DNA of 37,951 nucleotides from Actinomycetota bacterium (GTDB lineage: Bacteria > Actinomycetota > Actinomycetes > S36-B12), in the NCBI GenBank assembly GCA_046095085.1, contig JBJTIQ010000011.1:1-37951 (forward strand). Reading direction: 5' to 3'. The position numbers and the translations under genes were made by a program. The notes beneath the pieces were generated by a model. That model made no database searches. It saw nothing but the letters and a program-made list of their open reading frames with translations, and was not told where the DNA came from. Shown one piece after another: positions 23,388 to 37,951 of this stretch. Within the stretch, counting starts at the first letter, position 1. Each line of letters starts with the position of its first letter.

Positions 23388-24821
23388 CTACACCCCGCCG
23401 CCCTTGCCCCCGCTGCCGATCAGGTGAACACGCATGCCGTTGGTCGTGCCGGGAATACCGGGGGGAACCCCGGCCACGATCACCACGCGATCGCCGTAGG
23501 TGACGCGCCCGATCTCCAGAAGGGCTCTATCGACCTGGACGACCATGTCGTCGGTGTGCATCACCTTGGGCACCAGGAAGGTCTCGACTCCCCAGACGAG
23601 CGCGAGTTGGCTGCGCACGCGGGGATTCGGGGTGAAGGCCAGGATCGGAGCCGGAGTGCGCCAGCGGGCGATGAGTCGGGCCGATGAGCCGGTCTCGGTG
23701 AAGGGTATGAGGCTCGCCGCCGACACTGCACGCGCCACGTCGACAGCGCCCTTGGTCAGCGCCTTCGCCGTCGAACCCGGCGCATCAGGGGGCAGCGGGG
23801 CGAGGCGCTCGAGGCCGTTTTCCTCGACGTGCTGGATGATGCGGCTCATCGTGCGCACGACGTGACCGGGGTGCTCCCCGACGCTGGTCTCGCCAGACAG
23901 CATGACCGCGTCGGCACCGTCGAGCACCGCATTGGCGACGTCGCTGGCCTCGGCTCGCGTGGGGCGCGTGGCTGTGATCATGGAGTCGAGCATCTGCGTG
24001 GCCACGATGACCGGCTTGGCAGCCACTCGGCATAGTTCGATGGCTCGCTTCTGCACGAGCGGGACGGCCTCAAGGGGCAGTTCGACGCCCAGGTCTCCTC
24101 GGGCGACCATGACACCATCGAACGCCGCGACAACATCGGCGAGGTTGTCGACCGCCTGGGGCTTCTCGACCTTGGCCAGCACGGGTATGCGTACGCCCTC
24201 TTCGTCCATGATCCGGTGCACGTCGGCGATGTCCTCCGCCGTGCGGACGAATGACAGGGCGACGAGGTCGACGCCCATGCGCAGGCCCCAGCGCAGGTCA
24301 TCGGCGTCCTTTTCGGACATGGCGGGGACACTGACAGCGACGCCCGGGAGGTTGATGCCCTTGTTGTCGGATACCCGTCCGCCCTCGATCACCGTCGTGA
24401 CGACGCGCCGCCCTTCGACCGCGGTGACCTCGAGGGCAACGCGGCCATCGTCGATGAGCACGGTGTCGCCAGCGTGCACGTCGCCGGGAAGTCCGGCGTA
24501 GGTCGTCGATGCCATGGCGGCATCTCCGGGGACATCTTCGGTCGTGATCGTGAAGGTCTGGCCGACCGTGAGCAGCACGGGACCGCGAGCGAAACGGCCG
24601 AGTCGGATCTTGGGGCCCTGTAGGTCGATGAGGATCCCCACTCCACGGCCGGATTCATCGCTCGCGCGCCGCACGTGGTCGTAGACGAGGGCGTGCTCGT
24701 CGTAGGACCCGTGGCTGAGGTTGAGGCGGGCGACGTCCATGCCCGACTCGACGAGTTCGAGGATGCGTTCGTAAGAGCTCGTCGCCGGACCCAGGGTGGC
24801 GACGATCTTCGCGCGACGCAT
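23388..24821 (-). CDS. pyk: pyruvate kinase
   Basis: MRRAKIVATLGP, ARLNLSHG, DLQGPKIR, MVARGDLGVE and ATQMLDSM motifs. Start at ATG 24821 after GAAAGGA. Confidence 0.98.
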   Translation of the reverse strand: MRRAKIVATLGPATSSYERILELVESGMDVARLNLSHGSYDEHALVYDHVRRASDESGRGVGILIDLQGPKIRLGRFARGPVLLTVGQTFTITTEDVPGDAAMASTTYAGLPGDVHAGDTVLIDDGRVALEVTAVEGRRVVTTVIEGGRVSDNKGINLPGVAVSVPAMSEKDADDLRWGLRMGVDLVALSFVRTAEDIADVHRIMDEEGVRIPVLAKVEKPQAVDNLADVVAAFDGVMVARGDLGVELPLEAVPLVQKRAIELCRVAAKPVIVATQMLDSMITATRPTRAEASDVANAVLDGADAVMLSGETSVGEHPGHVVRTMSRIIQHVEENGLERLAPLPPDAPGSTAKALTKGAVDVARAVSAASLIPFTETGSSARLIARWRTPAPILAFTPNPRVRSQLALVWGVETFLVPKVMHTDDMVVQVDRALLEIGRVTYGDRVVIVAGVPPGIPGTTNGMRVHLIGSGGKGGGV

Positions 24822-24847
24822 GCGGGCATGTCCTTTCGTCGGGGGAC

Positions 24848-26291
24848 TTACACCGTAAGGGGTCGCGCAGACGCGACGATCGGCGAGGGGAGGTTGGTCT
24901 CTCCCGACAGGTAGCGGTCGACCGATGCGGCAGCGGCGCGGCCCTCGGCAATGGCCCACACGATCAGCGACTGGCCGCGCCCGGCATCTCCCGCCACGAA
25001 AACTCCGGGGAGTTCCGTCGCGTAGTCATCGCCCCTGGCGAACGTGCCGCGCTCGGACAGGGACGCTCCCGATTGCGCGATGAGTGGCGAGGCCTCGGGC
25101 CCGGTGAATCCCATGGCCAGGAAGACCAGGTCGGCGGGAATCTCCCTCGATGATCCGGCCACCGGTCGAAGCTGCCCCTCGCTCGCTTGGACATCGACGA
25201 CACGCAGTGCGCGCAGGCGCCCGTCGTTGCCCAGGAATTCCTCCGTCGAGACGGCATAGATCCGGTCGCCGCCCTCCTCATGCGCACTCGACGTGCGCAT
25301 GACCATCGGATAGGTCGGCCACGGCTGGGAGTCAGGACGATGGGGTGGCGGCGTGGGGAGGATCTCCAGCTGGGTGACCGACGCCGCTCCTTGACGATGG
25401 GCCGTGCCGAGGCAATCGGCGCCCGTGTCTCCCCCGCCGATGATGACGACGTGCTTGCCGGCCGCGTCGATGGGCGCGGCAGCGAGATCGCCCTCCTGCA
25501 CGCGATTGGCTCCGGGCAGGTACTCCATGGCCTGGTGGATGCCGGACAGATGGCGTCCCGGGATGTCGAGATCGCGCCACTTGGTGGCCCCGACCGCGAT
25601 GACCACGGCGTCGTAGCGCCGCTGGAGGGTGTCGAAGGTGATGTCCACGCCGACCTCGACCCCGGTGCGGAACTTCACGCCCTCCTGTGCCATCTGCACG
25701 AGTCGGCGATCGAGGTGAGCCTTCTCCATCTTGAATTCCGGTATGCCGTAGCGCAGGAGGCCACCGATGCGGTCGTCGCGCTCGAACACGGCCACCGTGT
25801 GCCCGGCCCGCGCCAGTTGCTGGGCGGCCGCCAGCCCAGCCGGGCCCGATCCGATCACCGCCACGGCCTTGCCCGACGAGCGCTCGGGCGGCTGCGGGAC
25901 TACCCAGCCGGAGTCCCAGGCCCGGTCGATGATCGAGACCTCCACCTGCTTGATCGTCACGGGGTCGGCATTGATGCCGAGCACACAGGCTGTCTCGCAC
26001 GGGGCCGGGCACAGCCGACCGGTGAATTCGGGGAAGTTGTTGGTGGCATGCAGCCGTTCAGCGGCCGCCTTCCAGTCCGAGCGCCAGACGAGGTCGTTCC
26101 ACTCCGGGATGAGATTGCCGAGCGGGCATCCGTTGTGACAGAACGGGATACCGCAGTCCATGCAGCGTCCTGCCTGTCGCGCCAGCCGCTCCGGTTCGAA
26201 CTCCTCGTAGACCTCTTTCCAGTCGAGGATGCGGACGTCGACGGGACGACGCTCCGGTGTCTCGCGCCCACTGGTGAGGAACCCCCTCGGA

Positions 26292-26299
<8 letters not shown>
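24848..26299 (-). CDS. gltD: glutamate synthase small subunit
   Basis: [43 protein letters not shown] and [18 protein letters not shown] motifs. Confidence 0.97.
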
Positions 26300-30832
<4,533 letters not shown>

Positions 30833-30833
<1 letters not shown>

Positions 30834-30901
30834 CGGGCCACACCTCCACGTCATTCGCTCCCCATGGCCGAGGAGCGAGGGACGGGACGCCATTGGCCCG
30901 T
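30833..30901 (-). promoter_or_regulatory. structured 5' leader of gltB (candidate cis-regulatory RNA)
   Basis: Three nested complementary segments: ACGGGCCA/UGGCCCGU, GCGUC/GACGU and UCGCUCCUC/GGGGAGCGA. They lie just downstream of TGC-TAGGGT (30909-30914) and enclose GGAGG. Confidence 0.55.
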
Positions 30902-30946
30902 GCCGGGAACCCTAGCAGGGCCACGGCCCCTCACGCAGCGAGAGCC

Positions 30947-32527
30947 CTAGCGGACGAGCGTGCTGCGGGTCTGGCTCGTGGCGACGGTCTGCCTGCCGGA
31001 GGTAGCAATCACACGCCACTCGTAGGTACGACCCACCGGAGCCGCTCGCGGGATGCGGATCGCGAAGTCGTATTGCCCCTTGGCCGAGAGTCGAGCCGTG
31101 GCACCGGACTTCCAGGCACCCCCGTCCCAGCGGGTCTGGTAGGTCACCTTCGTGGCCGCGCCCACGGGTGCCACGTGGCCCCGGAGGACGGACTTCTCGC
31201 CCCGCTCGAGACTGATACCCGGGCAGCGCAGGACCACGCGAGGCGAGGTGCTCGCGCGCGCCTGGGTCGCTGCTCGTCTACCGGTCGGCACCAGCGTCAT
31301 GTTCGGCTCGCAGTCAGCGGTGACTCCGCCGGCAGCGGCGCGCTCGCACACGCCCCCCTGCACATTGCCGCCGTTCCAGACCTGGCGGTAGCAGTTGCGC
31401 AGCGCGAGCTGGCCCCAGTAGTTGGGATGCAGGGATTCCTGCCCGAAGGTGTCCCCGGCGTTGATGATGTCGATCTCCATCACCCACTCGCTCCGGTCGG
31501 CCGAGCCCTTGTCCTGCCAGTTGCCGACCCCGCCCATCGAGTCCACGCGATTCACCGACTTGTTGCAGAGCTCGCGATCCGCGAAGGCGCGGCTGCTGTC
31601 GAGTACGACGACCTGGAGGGTCGGGCGCTGCCCCTGGGCATCGCTTGCCGCGCCCTGATACGTGCGATTGATCATAGGCAGCACGCTGCCGAGAGCCCAG
31701 TCCAAGTCGCCATTGCGCAGGCCGCAGCCACCGTCGTACTGGCGGGAGTAGCCGGACTCGCCGTAGCGCATGTTCGCCGAGGTGGGCAACGGCTGCGGGT
31801 AGAGCTGAAGGACTAGCGTCCACTCGGAGTCCTCGTAGCCGGCGTTCTCCATGGCCTTAGCCACGTTGAGGATCGCCCCGGTGGTGTCACCGCGCACGCG
31901 CTGCTGGGCCGCATCGGAGAGGTAGTCCTGCACGGTGGCGAGGTCCTTGCAGTGGGGATCGAGGAACGGCACGAGGAATGCCTTGACGCATGCCTCGAAG
32001 ATCGGGGCGAACTTGAAGTCGTTGCCGCTGATGGAGAGGGCCACCATCTTCACGTTGTGCTCGCTGGCGAACTCCTGGAGCATCAGGGCCTGTCCCTTGC
32101 GGGAACCCTCCTCGTAGAAGTCGATCCCCGGCTTGAAGTAGCCGTCGCCAGACATCTTGGTTCGAGTCACCGCGCCGCTGCACGCGAGATTGAGCGAGCG
32201 CACCACGCCGATGTGGATCGCCGCCGACTGCGACCGATGGCAGCGCTCGATGGCCTCGCCGCTTCCTGCATCCCAGTACGCCGCACGGCCTAGGGCGTCG
32301 ATGTTGCTCGTCCCGCCCGACTCATTGCCCGCCCAGCGGCCAGCCTCCCCGGAGATGTAGGAGTCGCCCAGCGAGACCACCCAGGGCTCACCGTCCGGAG
32401 CCGACCGCGGGGCGGGGTCAGCGGCAGGATGCGTGGAAGGCGGCGGCGCCGCCTGAGCTCCCGGGCCGGCCAGGAGTGCAGCTCCCAGGGCAAGCGTGGC
32501 GGCAACGGTGATCCCCCACAGGCGCAT
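30947..32527 (-). CDS. secreted SGNH/GDSL-family hydrolase with C-terminal beta-rich domain
   Basis: Signal peptide ending AQA; blocks VSLGDSY (I), ACSGA (II), SISGND (III) and ESLHPN (V). Start at ATG 32527, 6 nt after TACTGT. Confidence 0.78.
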   Translation of the reverse strand: MRLWGITVAATLALGAALLAGPGAQAAPPPSTHPAADPAPRSAPDGEPWVVSLGDSYISGEAGRWAGNESGGTSNIDALGRAAYWDAGSGEAIERCHRSQSAAIHIGVVRSLNLACSGAVTRTKMSGDGYFKPGIDFYEEGSRKGQALMLQEFASEHNVKMVALSISGNDFKFAPIFEACVKAFLVPFLDPHCKDLATVQDYLSDAAQQRVRGDTTGAILNVAKAMENAGYEDSEWTLVLQLYPQPLPTSANMRYGESGYSRQYDGGCGLRNGDLDWALGSVLPMINRTYQGAASDAQGQRPTLQVVVLDSSRAFADRELCNKSVNRVDSMGGVGNWQDKGSADRSEWVMEIDIINAGDTFGQESLHPNYWGQLALRNCYRQVWNGGNVQGGVCERAAAGGVTADCEPNMTLVPTGRRAATQARASTSPRVVLRCPGISLERGEKSVLRGHVAPVGAATKVTYQTRWDGGAWKSGATARLSAKGQYDFAIRIPRAAPVGRTYEWRVIATSGRQTVATSQTRSTLVR

Positions 32528-32575
32528 GGGGGCACAGTAGGAACGTCGTCGCAAGGTGTCCAGGCAGGCGGTCGG

Positions 32576-33547
32576 TCAGGTCGCCTGGGTATCGGGCGGG
32601 GCTTCGCCAGTCGGGGCTCCGTCGGCAGGGGGCGCCACCTCGGTGACCTTGGCCGCAGGCTTGGGTGCGGTCACCTGCTCCCGAGCCTCTTCGCGCTCCT
32701 GGCGCTCGACGTACTTGCGCGGCGGAGTCACAGTCTCGCGGCCGGGGCGCAGGCGAGCCGAGACGATCAGGTAGACCAGCGCGCCAATGGCGACGAGGAT
32801 CGACGTCCAGACGTTGAGGCGAACCCCGAGGATCGTGTTGGCGGTGTCGATCCGGAGGTATTCGATCCACACGCGGCCCAGGCAGTAGAGCAAAACGTAG
32901 AGGGCGAAGACGCGCCCATGACCCATCGTGAAGCGCTTGTCCGCCCAGATCAGGATGAGCGCCACGCCGAGCATCCACAGCGACTCGTAGAGGAACGTCG
33001 GATGGAACGTCGCGAACTCCGCGTAGCCCTCCGGTCGGTGCTGCGGATCGATCTGCAGCGCCCACGGCAGCGTGGTGGGGGCTCCGAAGAGCTCCTGGTT
33101 GAACCAGTTGCCCCATCGGCCGATGGCCTGGGCCAGGGCGATACCCGGGGCGATCGCATCACCGACCGGTGGCAGCGCCACGCCCAGTCGCCGGGCACCG
33201 ATCCAGGCGCCGAGGGCGCCCAGCGCAACCGCTCCCCAGATACCCAGACCGCCGTCCCAGATGCGCAGCGCTCCGACGACGCCCGAACCTCCGGGACCGA
33301 AGTACAACTGCCAGTCGGTGACGACGTGGTAGAGGCGCCCTCCGACGATGCCGAATGGCACGGCCCAGATGGCTATGTCGCCGATCACCCCGGGCGAGCC
33401 GCCGCGCGCGACGTAGCGCTTCGAGCCGACGACGACGGCAACGACGATGCCGACGATGATCAGCAACGCATAGGCGCGGACGGGCAGCGGCCCGAGATTC
33501 CATACGCCCTGCGAGGGCGAGGGAATGAACGCGGGCAGCGGTCCCAT
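32576..33547 (-). CDS. lgt: prolipoprotein diacylglyceryl transferase
   Basis: IPSPSQGVW, GGRLYHVVTD, IWDGGLGIWG, QAIGRWGNWFNQE and HPTFLYE motifs. Confidence 0.97.
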   Translation of the reverse strand: MGPLPAFIPSPSQGVWNLGPLPVRAYALLIIVGIVVAVVVGSKRYVARGGSPGVIGDIAIWAVPFGIVGGRLYHVVTDWQLYFGPGGSGVVGALRIWDGGLGIWGAVALGALGAWIGARRLGVALPPVGDAIAPGIALAQAIGRWGNWFNQELFGAPTTLPWALQIDPQHRPEGYAEFATFHPTFLYESLWMLGVALILIWADKRFTMGHGRVFALYVLLYCLGRVWIEYLRIDTANTILGVRLNVWTSILVAIGALVYLIVSARLRPGRETVTPPRKYVERQEREEAREQVTAPKPAAKVTEVAPPADGAPTGEAPPDTQAT

Positions 33548-33567
33548 GGGTCAGCGTCGAGCGTCGA

Positions 33568-34377
33568 CTACTGCGTGGCCTCAGCGACCAGCTTCTCGAG
33601 CCCAGCCTGATCGGCGAGTTGGGCCCCATCGAGCTGGGTGCCGTTGAGGAAACCCGCGGGGGTGCCGGGGATCTCCGCCTCGTAGAAGGCCTGGGTCGAG
33701 TTGACCGCCCACCCGAGGTAGCGCCCACCGGTCAGGCAGGTGTTGAACTCCTCGAGGGGCACGCCGGAGATCCCGACCTCCTCGGCGAAGGCCAGCAATT
33801 GCTCCTGGGTGTAGCCATCTCCCTCCACCGTGGGCTGGTTGGCGTAGATGACGTCGTGGTATTCGGCGGTCTTGCCGGCGTCGATCGCGCATCCCCACGC
33901 GGCGATGGCCTCCGCGGACGACTGGTTGCCCAGGTTGTTGTCGAGGAATGCGGTCGGGCGCCACACGAGCCGGACCTTGCCCTCTTCGGCCAGCGACTGG
34001 ATGCCGGCGCCGTTGACCGCCTCGAGCGATCCGCACGCGGGGCACTGGAAGTCCTCCCAGATCTCCAGCAGCGGGGAGGTCGCGGGCGCGGTGCCATAGG
34101 GAACGCCGTAGGGCACTTCCCCGCTCGAGTCGTAGACGCCGGCAGGCACGGGCGCCGAGGGGTCGGGGCTGGGCAGGGGCCTGACGTCGCCTCCACCGCC
34201 GGAGCCGGATCGCGAGGCGAAGACGGCGATCCCGATGATGGCGACGACGACGACGATCACGCCGATCGCACCAACGATGCGCACGGTGCGCTCGCGGCGC
34301 TTCTCCTTGGCCTGCTGCTCCGCTCGGGCGGCCGCCGCCTTCTCGCGCACGCTCTTGGAGGGCTTGTCCTTGGCCAT
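33568..34377 (-). CDS. membrane-anchored DsbA/thioredoxin-family protein
   Basis: Basic N-terminus, one TM helix, EDFQCPAC (CxxC) and IPGTP cis-Pro loop. Start is ATG 34377 or GTG 34386; TAACGT at 34415-34420 is a possible -10. Confidence 0.9.
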   Translation of the reverse strand: MAKDKPSKSVREKAAAARAEQQAKEKRRERTVRIVGAIGVIVVVVAIIGIAVFASRSGSGGGGDVRPLPSPDPSAPVPAGVYDSSGEVPYGVPYGTAPATSPLLEIWEDFQCPACGSLEAVNGAGIQSLAEEGKVRLVWRPTAFLDNNLGNQSSAEAIAAWGCAIDAGKTAEYHDVIYANQPTVEGDGYTQEQLLAFAEEVGISGVPLEEFNTCLTGGRYLGWAVNSTQAFYEAEIPGTPAGFLNGTQLDGAQLADQAGLEKLVAEATQ

Positions 34378-34430
34378 GCTGCTCACAACCTCCGGGTCTG
34401 AGGAATCGCCTCATACGTTACGGGCAATGC

Positions 34431-35234
34431 TCACTCCGTGCGACGCCGCACCCCCACCGCAAGTTCCGCGGCTAGTTCGCGGACCGAGGCCTCCGCCGCC
34501 TGTAGAGAGGGGGCATCGAGTACGCGACGAATGAAGGCGGACCCCACGATGACCCCATCCGCATAGGCAGCAATCTCCGCTGCCTGGTCGCCGGACGACA
34601 CACCGAGCCCGACCGCGACGGGCAGGGTCGTGACCTCGCGCACGCGCGAGACCAGCGACTCGGCGGCACCGGAGACCGACGTGCGCGCACCGGTCACGCC
34701 CATCGTGGACGCGGCGTACACGAAGCCGGTGCAGGCCCCGGCCACCGTGCGCAGGCGCGCGTCGGTGGACGACGGCGCCACCAGGAAGATCCGGTCGACA
34801 TCGTGCGCATCCGTGGCGCGCGTCCACTCCGCGGCTTCCTCGGGAGTGAGGTCGGGGGTGATGACGCCACAGCCGCCCGCCTGAGCGAGTCCGCTGGCAA
34901 AGGCATCCACGCCAAAGCGCTCCACGGGATTCCAGTAGGACATCACGAGCGTCGCGGCCCCGGTCGCGGACACGCGCTCGACGACCTCGAGCACTCCGGC
35001 CGGCGTCATGCCCCCGCGCAGCGCCGTGTCGGCGGCCTCCTGGATGACGGGCCCGTCCATGAGGGGATCGGAGTAGGGCAGGCCGACCTCGACGATGTCC
35101 ACGCCCTCGTCGACCATGGCCTCGATCAGGCGCACGCTGTCGTCGCGAGTCGGGAACCCGGCGGGGAGGTAACCGATGAGCGCTGCCCTGCCTTCGTCGC
35201 GGGCTCGCGAGAAGGCATCGTGAAGACCTGTCAT
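34431..35234 (-). CDS. trpA: tryptophan synthase alpha chain
   Basis: [35 protein letters not shown] and DGVIVGSA motifs. ATG 35234 overlaps the trpB stop. Confidence 0.97.
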   Translation of the reverse strand: MTGLHDAFSRARDEGRAALIGYLPAGFPTRDDSVRLIEAMVDEGVDIVEVGLPYSDPLMDGPVIQEAADTALRGGMTPAGVLEVVERVSATGAATLVMSYWNPVERFGVDAFASGLAQAGGCGVITPDLTPEEAAEWTRATDAHDVDRIFLVAPSSTDARLRTVAGACTGFVYAASTMGVTGARTSVSGAAESLVSRVREVTTLPVAVGLGVSSGDQAAEIAAYADGVIVGSAFIRRVLDAPSLQAAEASVRELAAELAVGVRRRTE

Positions 35235-36448
35235 CGTCCTTCGGCCGCTTCGTCGGGTTCGTCGATGCCGAACCAGCGCGCCGCCGTTGCGACGTCCTTG
35301 TCGCCGCGTCCGGACAGGTTGACCAGGACCGTGCCGTCGGGCCCCATTCGGCTGCCGAGGCGCATGGCCCCGGCGAGGGCATGGGCTGATTCGATCGCGG
35401 GGATGATGCCCTCGGTTCGGCACAGGGCCTGGAATGCCCGCATGGCCTCCGCGTCGTCGACCGCTTCGTAACTTGCCCGACCCGAGTCATGCAGCCACGC
35501 GTGCTGAGGACCGACTCCGGGGTAGTCCAGGCCCGCGCTGATCGAGTGGGATGGCACCGTCTGGCCCCACTCGTCCTGCATGACGTAGGTGCGTGCGCCG
35601 TGGAGTACGCCGGGCGATCCTCCCGCGAAGCGTGCAGCGTGCCGCCCGGTCGAGACGCCATCGCCACCCGCCTCGAATCCCCACAACTGGACATCGGCAT
35701 CGCCTAGGAATGCCGTGAAGATCCCCATGGCATTGGAGCCGCCCCCAACGCAGGCGGCAACCGCATCTGGAAGCCGCCCGGTGCGGTCGAGAATCTGCGC
35801 GCGGGCCTCCCGTCCGATGACGGATTGGAATGTGCGCACCATGTCGGGGAAGGGGCTGGGGCCCGTCACCGTGCCCAGGATGTAGTGGGTGTCGTCCACG
35901 CTCGTCACCCAGTCGCGCATGGCCTCATTGATGGCGTCCTTGAGAGTGCGGCTGCCTGCCGTGACCGGCACGACGGTGGCACCGAGCAGTCGCATGCGCA
36001 CGACGTTGAGTGCCTGACGGCGAGTGTCCTCCTCGCCCATGTAGACGACGCAGTCCAAACCCAGGAGCGCCGCGGCGGTCGCCGTGGCCACGCCATGCTG
36101 ACCCGCACCGGTCTCGGCGATCACGCGCTTCTTGCCCATGCGCACGGTGAGAAGAGCCTGACCGAGGACGTTGTTGATCTTGTGCGAACCCGTGTGATTG
36201 AGGTCCTCGCGCTTGAGGAAGATGCGCGCGCCAGAGCAGTGCTCCTGCCCGAAGCGGACGGCCTCGGTGAGCGGGCTAGGGCGCCCGGTGTAGTGGCGCT
36301 CCAAGCGCTCCAACTCCGCGCGGAACGCGGGGTCGTCCATGGCAGCGTGGAATCCCTCGTCGAGCTCGTCGAGGGCGGCGGTGAGGGCCTCTGGCACGAA
36401 GCGGCCGCCGTAGGGGCCGAAGTGACCGCTGGCGGTCGCGCTAGCCAC
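35231..36448 (-). CDS. trpB: tryptophan synthase beta chain
   Basis: [47 protein letters not shown] and NLSGRGDKD motifs. Start re-picked at GTG 36448. Confidence 0.97.
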   Translation of the reverse strand: MASATASGHFGPYGGRFVPEALTAALDELDEGFHAAMDDPAFRAELERLERHYTGRPSPLTEAVRFGQEHCSGARIFLKREDLNHTGSHKINNVLGQALLTVRMGKKRVIAETGAGQHGVATATAAALLGLDCVVYMGEEDTRRQALNVVRMRLLGATVVPVTAGSRTLKDAINEAMRDWVTSVDDTHYILGTVTGPSPFPDMVRTFQSVIGREARAQILDRTGRLPDAVAACVGGGSNAMGIFTAFLGDADVQLWGFEAGGDGVSTGRHAARFAGGSPGVLHGARTYVMQDEWGQTVPSHSISAGLDYPGVGPQHAWLHDSGRASYEAVDDAEAMRAFQALCRTEGIIPAIESAHALAGAMRLGSRMGPDGTVLVNLSGRGDKDVATAARWFGIDEPDEAAEGR

Positions 36449-37250
36449 GACCCCCTCGCAGCGCCGGGTGCGAACCCGCGGTGACCAGGTCGTGCACGGC
36501 CGCGCGGGGGTCGGCGGACGTCGAGAGGCTCTCGCCGACGAGGACAGCATCTGCGCCTGCCTCGGCGTAGGCAATGAGGTCGCGCGGTCCGCGAACTCCG
36601 GACTCGGCGATGCGCACGCACGAGGCGGGAATCGAGGGCGCCACGCGAGCGAAAGTGTCGCGATCGACCTCCAGGGTGCGCAGGTTGCGGGCGTTGACGC
36701 CGATGACCGTGGCGCCGGCATCGACGGCTCGCTCGACCTCCTGCTGGTCGTGCACCTCCACGAGCGGCGTCATCCCGAGGGAGCGGGTGCGCTCGATGAG
36801 ACTGACGAGTGCGTTCTGGTCGAGAGCCGCCACGATGAGGAGTGCGAGGTCGGCGCCGAACGCGCGCGCCTCCCACAGCTGGTAGCTCGTGACGATGAAG
36901 TCCTTGCGAAGCACCGGGATGTCGACCGCACACCGCACCGCTCGCAGGTCATCGAGCGTTCCATTGAACCGCCGACGCTCGGTCAGGACGCTGATGCACC
37001 GCGCACCGCCTGATTCGTAGTCACGGGCCAGTTCGGCGGGATCCTCGATCGACGCCAGCGCACCCTTGCTCGGGCTTGCCCGCTTGACCTCGGCGATGAC
37101 CCCGACGCCGGGTTCGCGAAGCACGGCCTCGGCGTCGAGCGGCGCGGGCTTGCGCGCAGCGCACTCCTTCAGTGAGTCGAGCGGGGTCGACTGCATGCGC
37201 GCATCGAGGTCGGCGCGCACGCCGGCAACGATGTCGTCGAGGACGCTCAT
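36441..37250 (-). CDS. trpC: indole-3-glycerol phosphate synthase
   Basis: [29 protein letters not shown] and AESG motifs. Confidence 0.97.
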   Translation of the reverse strand: MSVLDDIVAGVRADLDARMQSTPLDSLKECAARKPAPLDAEAVLREPGVGVIAEVKRASPSKGALASIEDPAELARDYESGGARCISVLTERRRFNGTLDDLRAVRCAVDIPVLRKDFIVTSYQLWEARAFGADLALLIVAALDQNALVSLIERTRSLGMTPLVEVHDQQEVERAVDAGATVIGVNARNLRTLEVDRDTFARVAPSIPASCVRIAESGVRGPRDLIAYAEAGADAVLVGESLSTSADPRAAVHDLVTAGSHPALRGGRG

Positions 37251-37306
37251 TGAACCGCCAGGCGACTCAGCACGTGGTCAGCGTGCCACAGTCGCGAGGG
37301 GGTGTC

Positions 37307-37783
37307 TCAGCCGACCCCCGACCCCAGATAGGGCACAAAATTGCGCACGATCGCGAAGGCGCTTGCCACGACGAGCAGCACGATGGGCAGGACGCGAGCG
37401 ACGAGCGTTCGAGCGGGTGTCGGGGCTGGCTGGCGGCCAGTCCACGCGCGATACATCCACAGGCCCCATCCCACGATCAGGAACGGCACCATGACCACGA
37501 AGAGCATGTTGTGGTCCAGGGCCCCCGCGAGGTCGCCATTGGCCAGGCAATTCGTCGCGCGCAGGCCTCCGCATCCGGGGCAGTCGATGCCGAATAGCGC
37601 CTTCGTCGGACACGGCGGGTACACGCCCGGAACGTGTGGATCCACGGTGCGAATGAAGAGCGTTGCCGCGATGACACCCACGCCCGCGACTACCGGTGCA
37701 GCCACGCGACGCCACCGCGGGCGCCTATCGAACAGCGCGGGGGTTTCGGGTTGCGTGGACGACGCGCCGTTGCGGGTGAGCAC
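37307..37783 (-). CDS. DUF2752-family membrane protein
   Basis: YPPCP...GIDCPGCGGLRA motif, TM helices and a terminal VRN; usual position upstream of trpC. Leaderless TAGGCT-6 nt-GTG. Confidence 0.85.
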   Translation of the reverse strand: MLTRNGASSTQPETPALFDRRPRWRRVAAPVVAGVGVIAATLFIRTVDPHVPGVYPPCPTKALFGIDCPGCGGLRATNCLANGDLAGALDHNMLFVVMVPFLIVGWGLWMYRAWTGRQPAPTPARTLVARVLPIVLLVVASAFAIVRNFVPYLGSGVG

Positions 37784-37792
37784 GTCGACAGC

Positions 37793-37951
37793 CTACGCCG
37801 CAGTGGTCCCCGAGGCGTGGCCTACGAGGGGGACTCCGACCGTGAAGGCAGCCCCGCCGTCGGATGCCACCGCTGCGCGCGCCCCCCCGCCCATGCCCTT
37901 CGCGAGCCGACCCACGATGGCCAGGCCGTGGCCGGTGCCGACCGGGCGCAG
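37793..37951 (-). CDS. C-terminal fragment of a sensor histidine kinase (HATPase_c), 5' part outside the window
   Basis: Manual translation gives LRPVGTGHGLAIVGRLAKGMGGGARAAVASDGGAAFTVGVPLVGHASGTTAA*, a G2 box (GxGxGLAIV) followed by the GG...F.V..P tail of HATPase_c. Confidence 0.7.
   Translation of the reverse strand: MRPVGTGHGLAIVGRLAKGMGGGARAAVASDGGAAFTVGVPLVGHASGTTAA

Noticed and set aside
32576-32730. Low-complexity Pro/Ala/Glu tail on Lgt
   Set aside because: Such disordered C-terminal extensions are common on actinobacterial Lgt.
37251-37306. trp attenuator or leader peptide before trpC
   Set aside because: No Trp-codon-rich short ORF or terminator; only a possible TGG-CACGCT -10 at 37280-37285.

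Overview
GC-rich actinobacterial chromosomal segment, almost all on the minus strand, made of two core housekeeping blocks. Block 1, in transcription order, is pyrR-pyrB-pyrC-hyp-carA-carB-pyrK-pyrD-pyrF-mihF-gmk-rpoZ-coaBC-metK...priA-def-fmt-rsmB-rpe. Block 2 is DUF2752-trpC-trpB-trpA-dsbA-lgt-(SGNH hydrolase)-gltB-gltD-pyk. A ZIP-family transporter joins the two blocks. The only plus-strand genes form a two-gene cassette between priA and metK: a processive family-2 glycosyltransferase (PgaC/IcaA-like) coupled to a multi-TM protein with a fully degenerate GGDEF domain. This cassette is the best candidate for an uncharacterised system. Non-coding elements read from the sequence are a SAM-IV riboswitch upstream of metK, a PyrR-binding hairpin over the pyrR RBS, an unexplained structured 5' leader that covers the gltB RBS and start, several leaderless -10 promoters (some built on the TAG stop of the upstream gene), and a probable CTG start for coaBC. 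I saw no tRNA, rRNA, CRISPR array, transposase or integrase. Many start codons were re-picked by eye from the ORF track. No database searches or folding computations were run.
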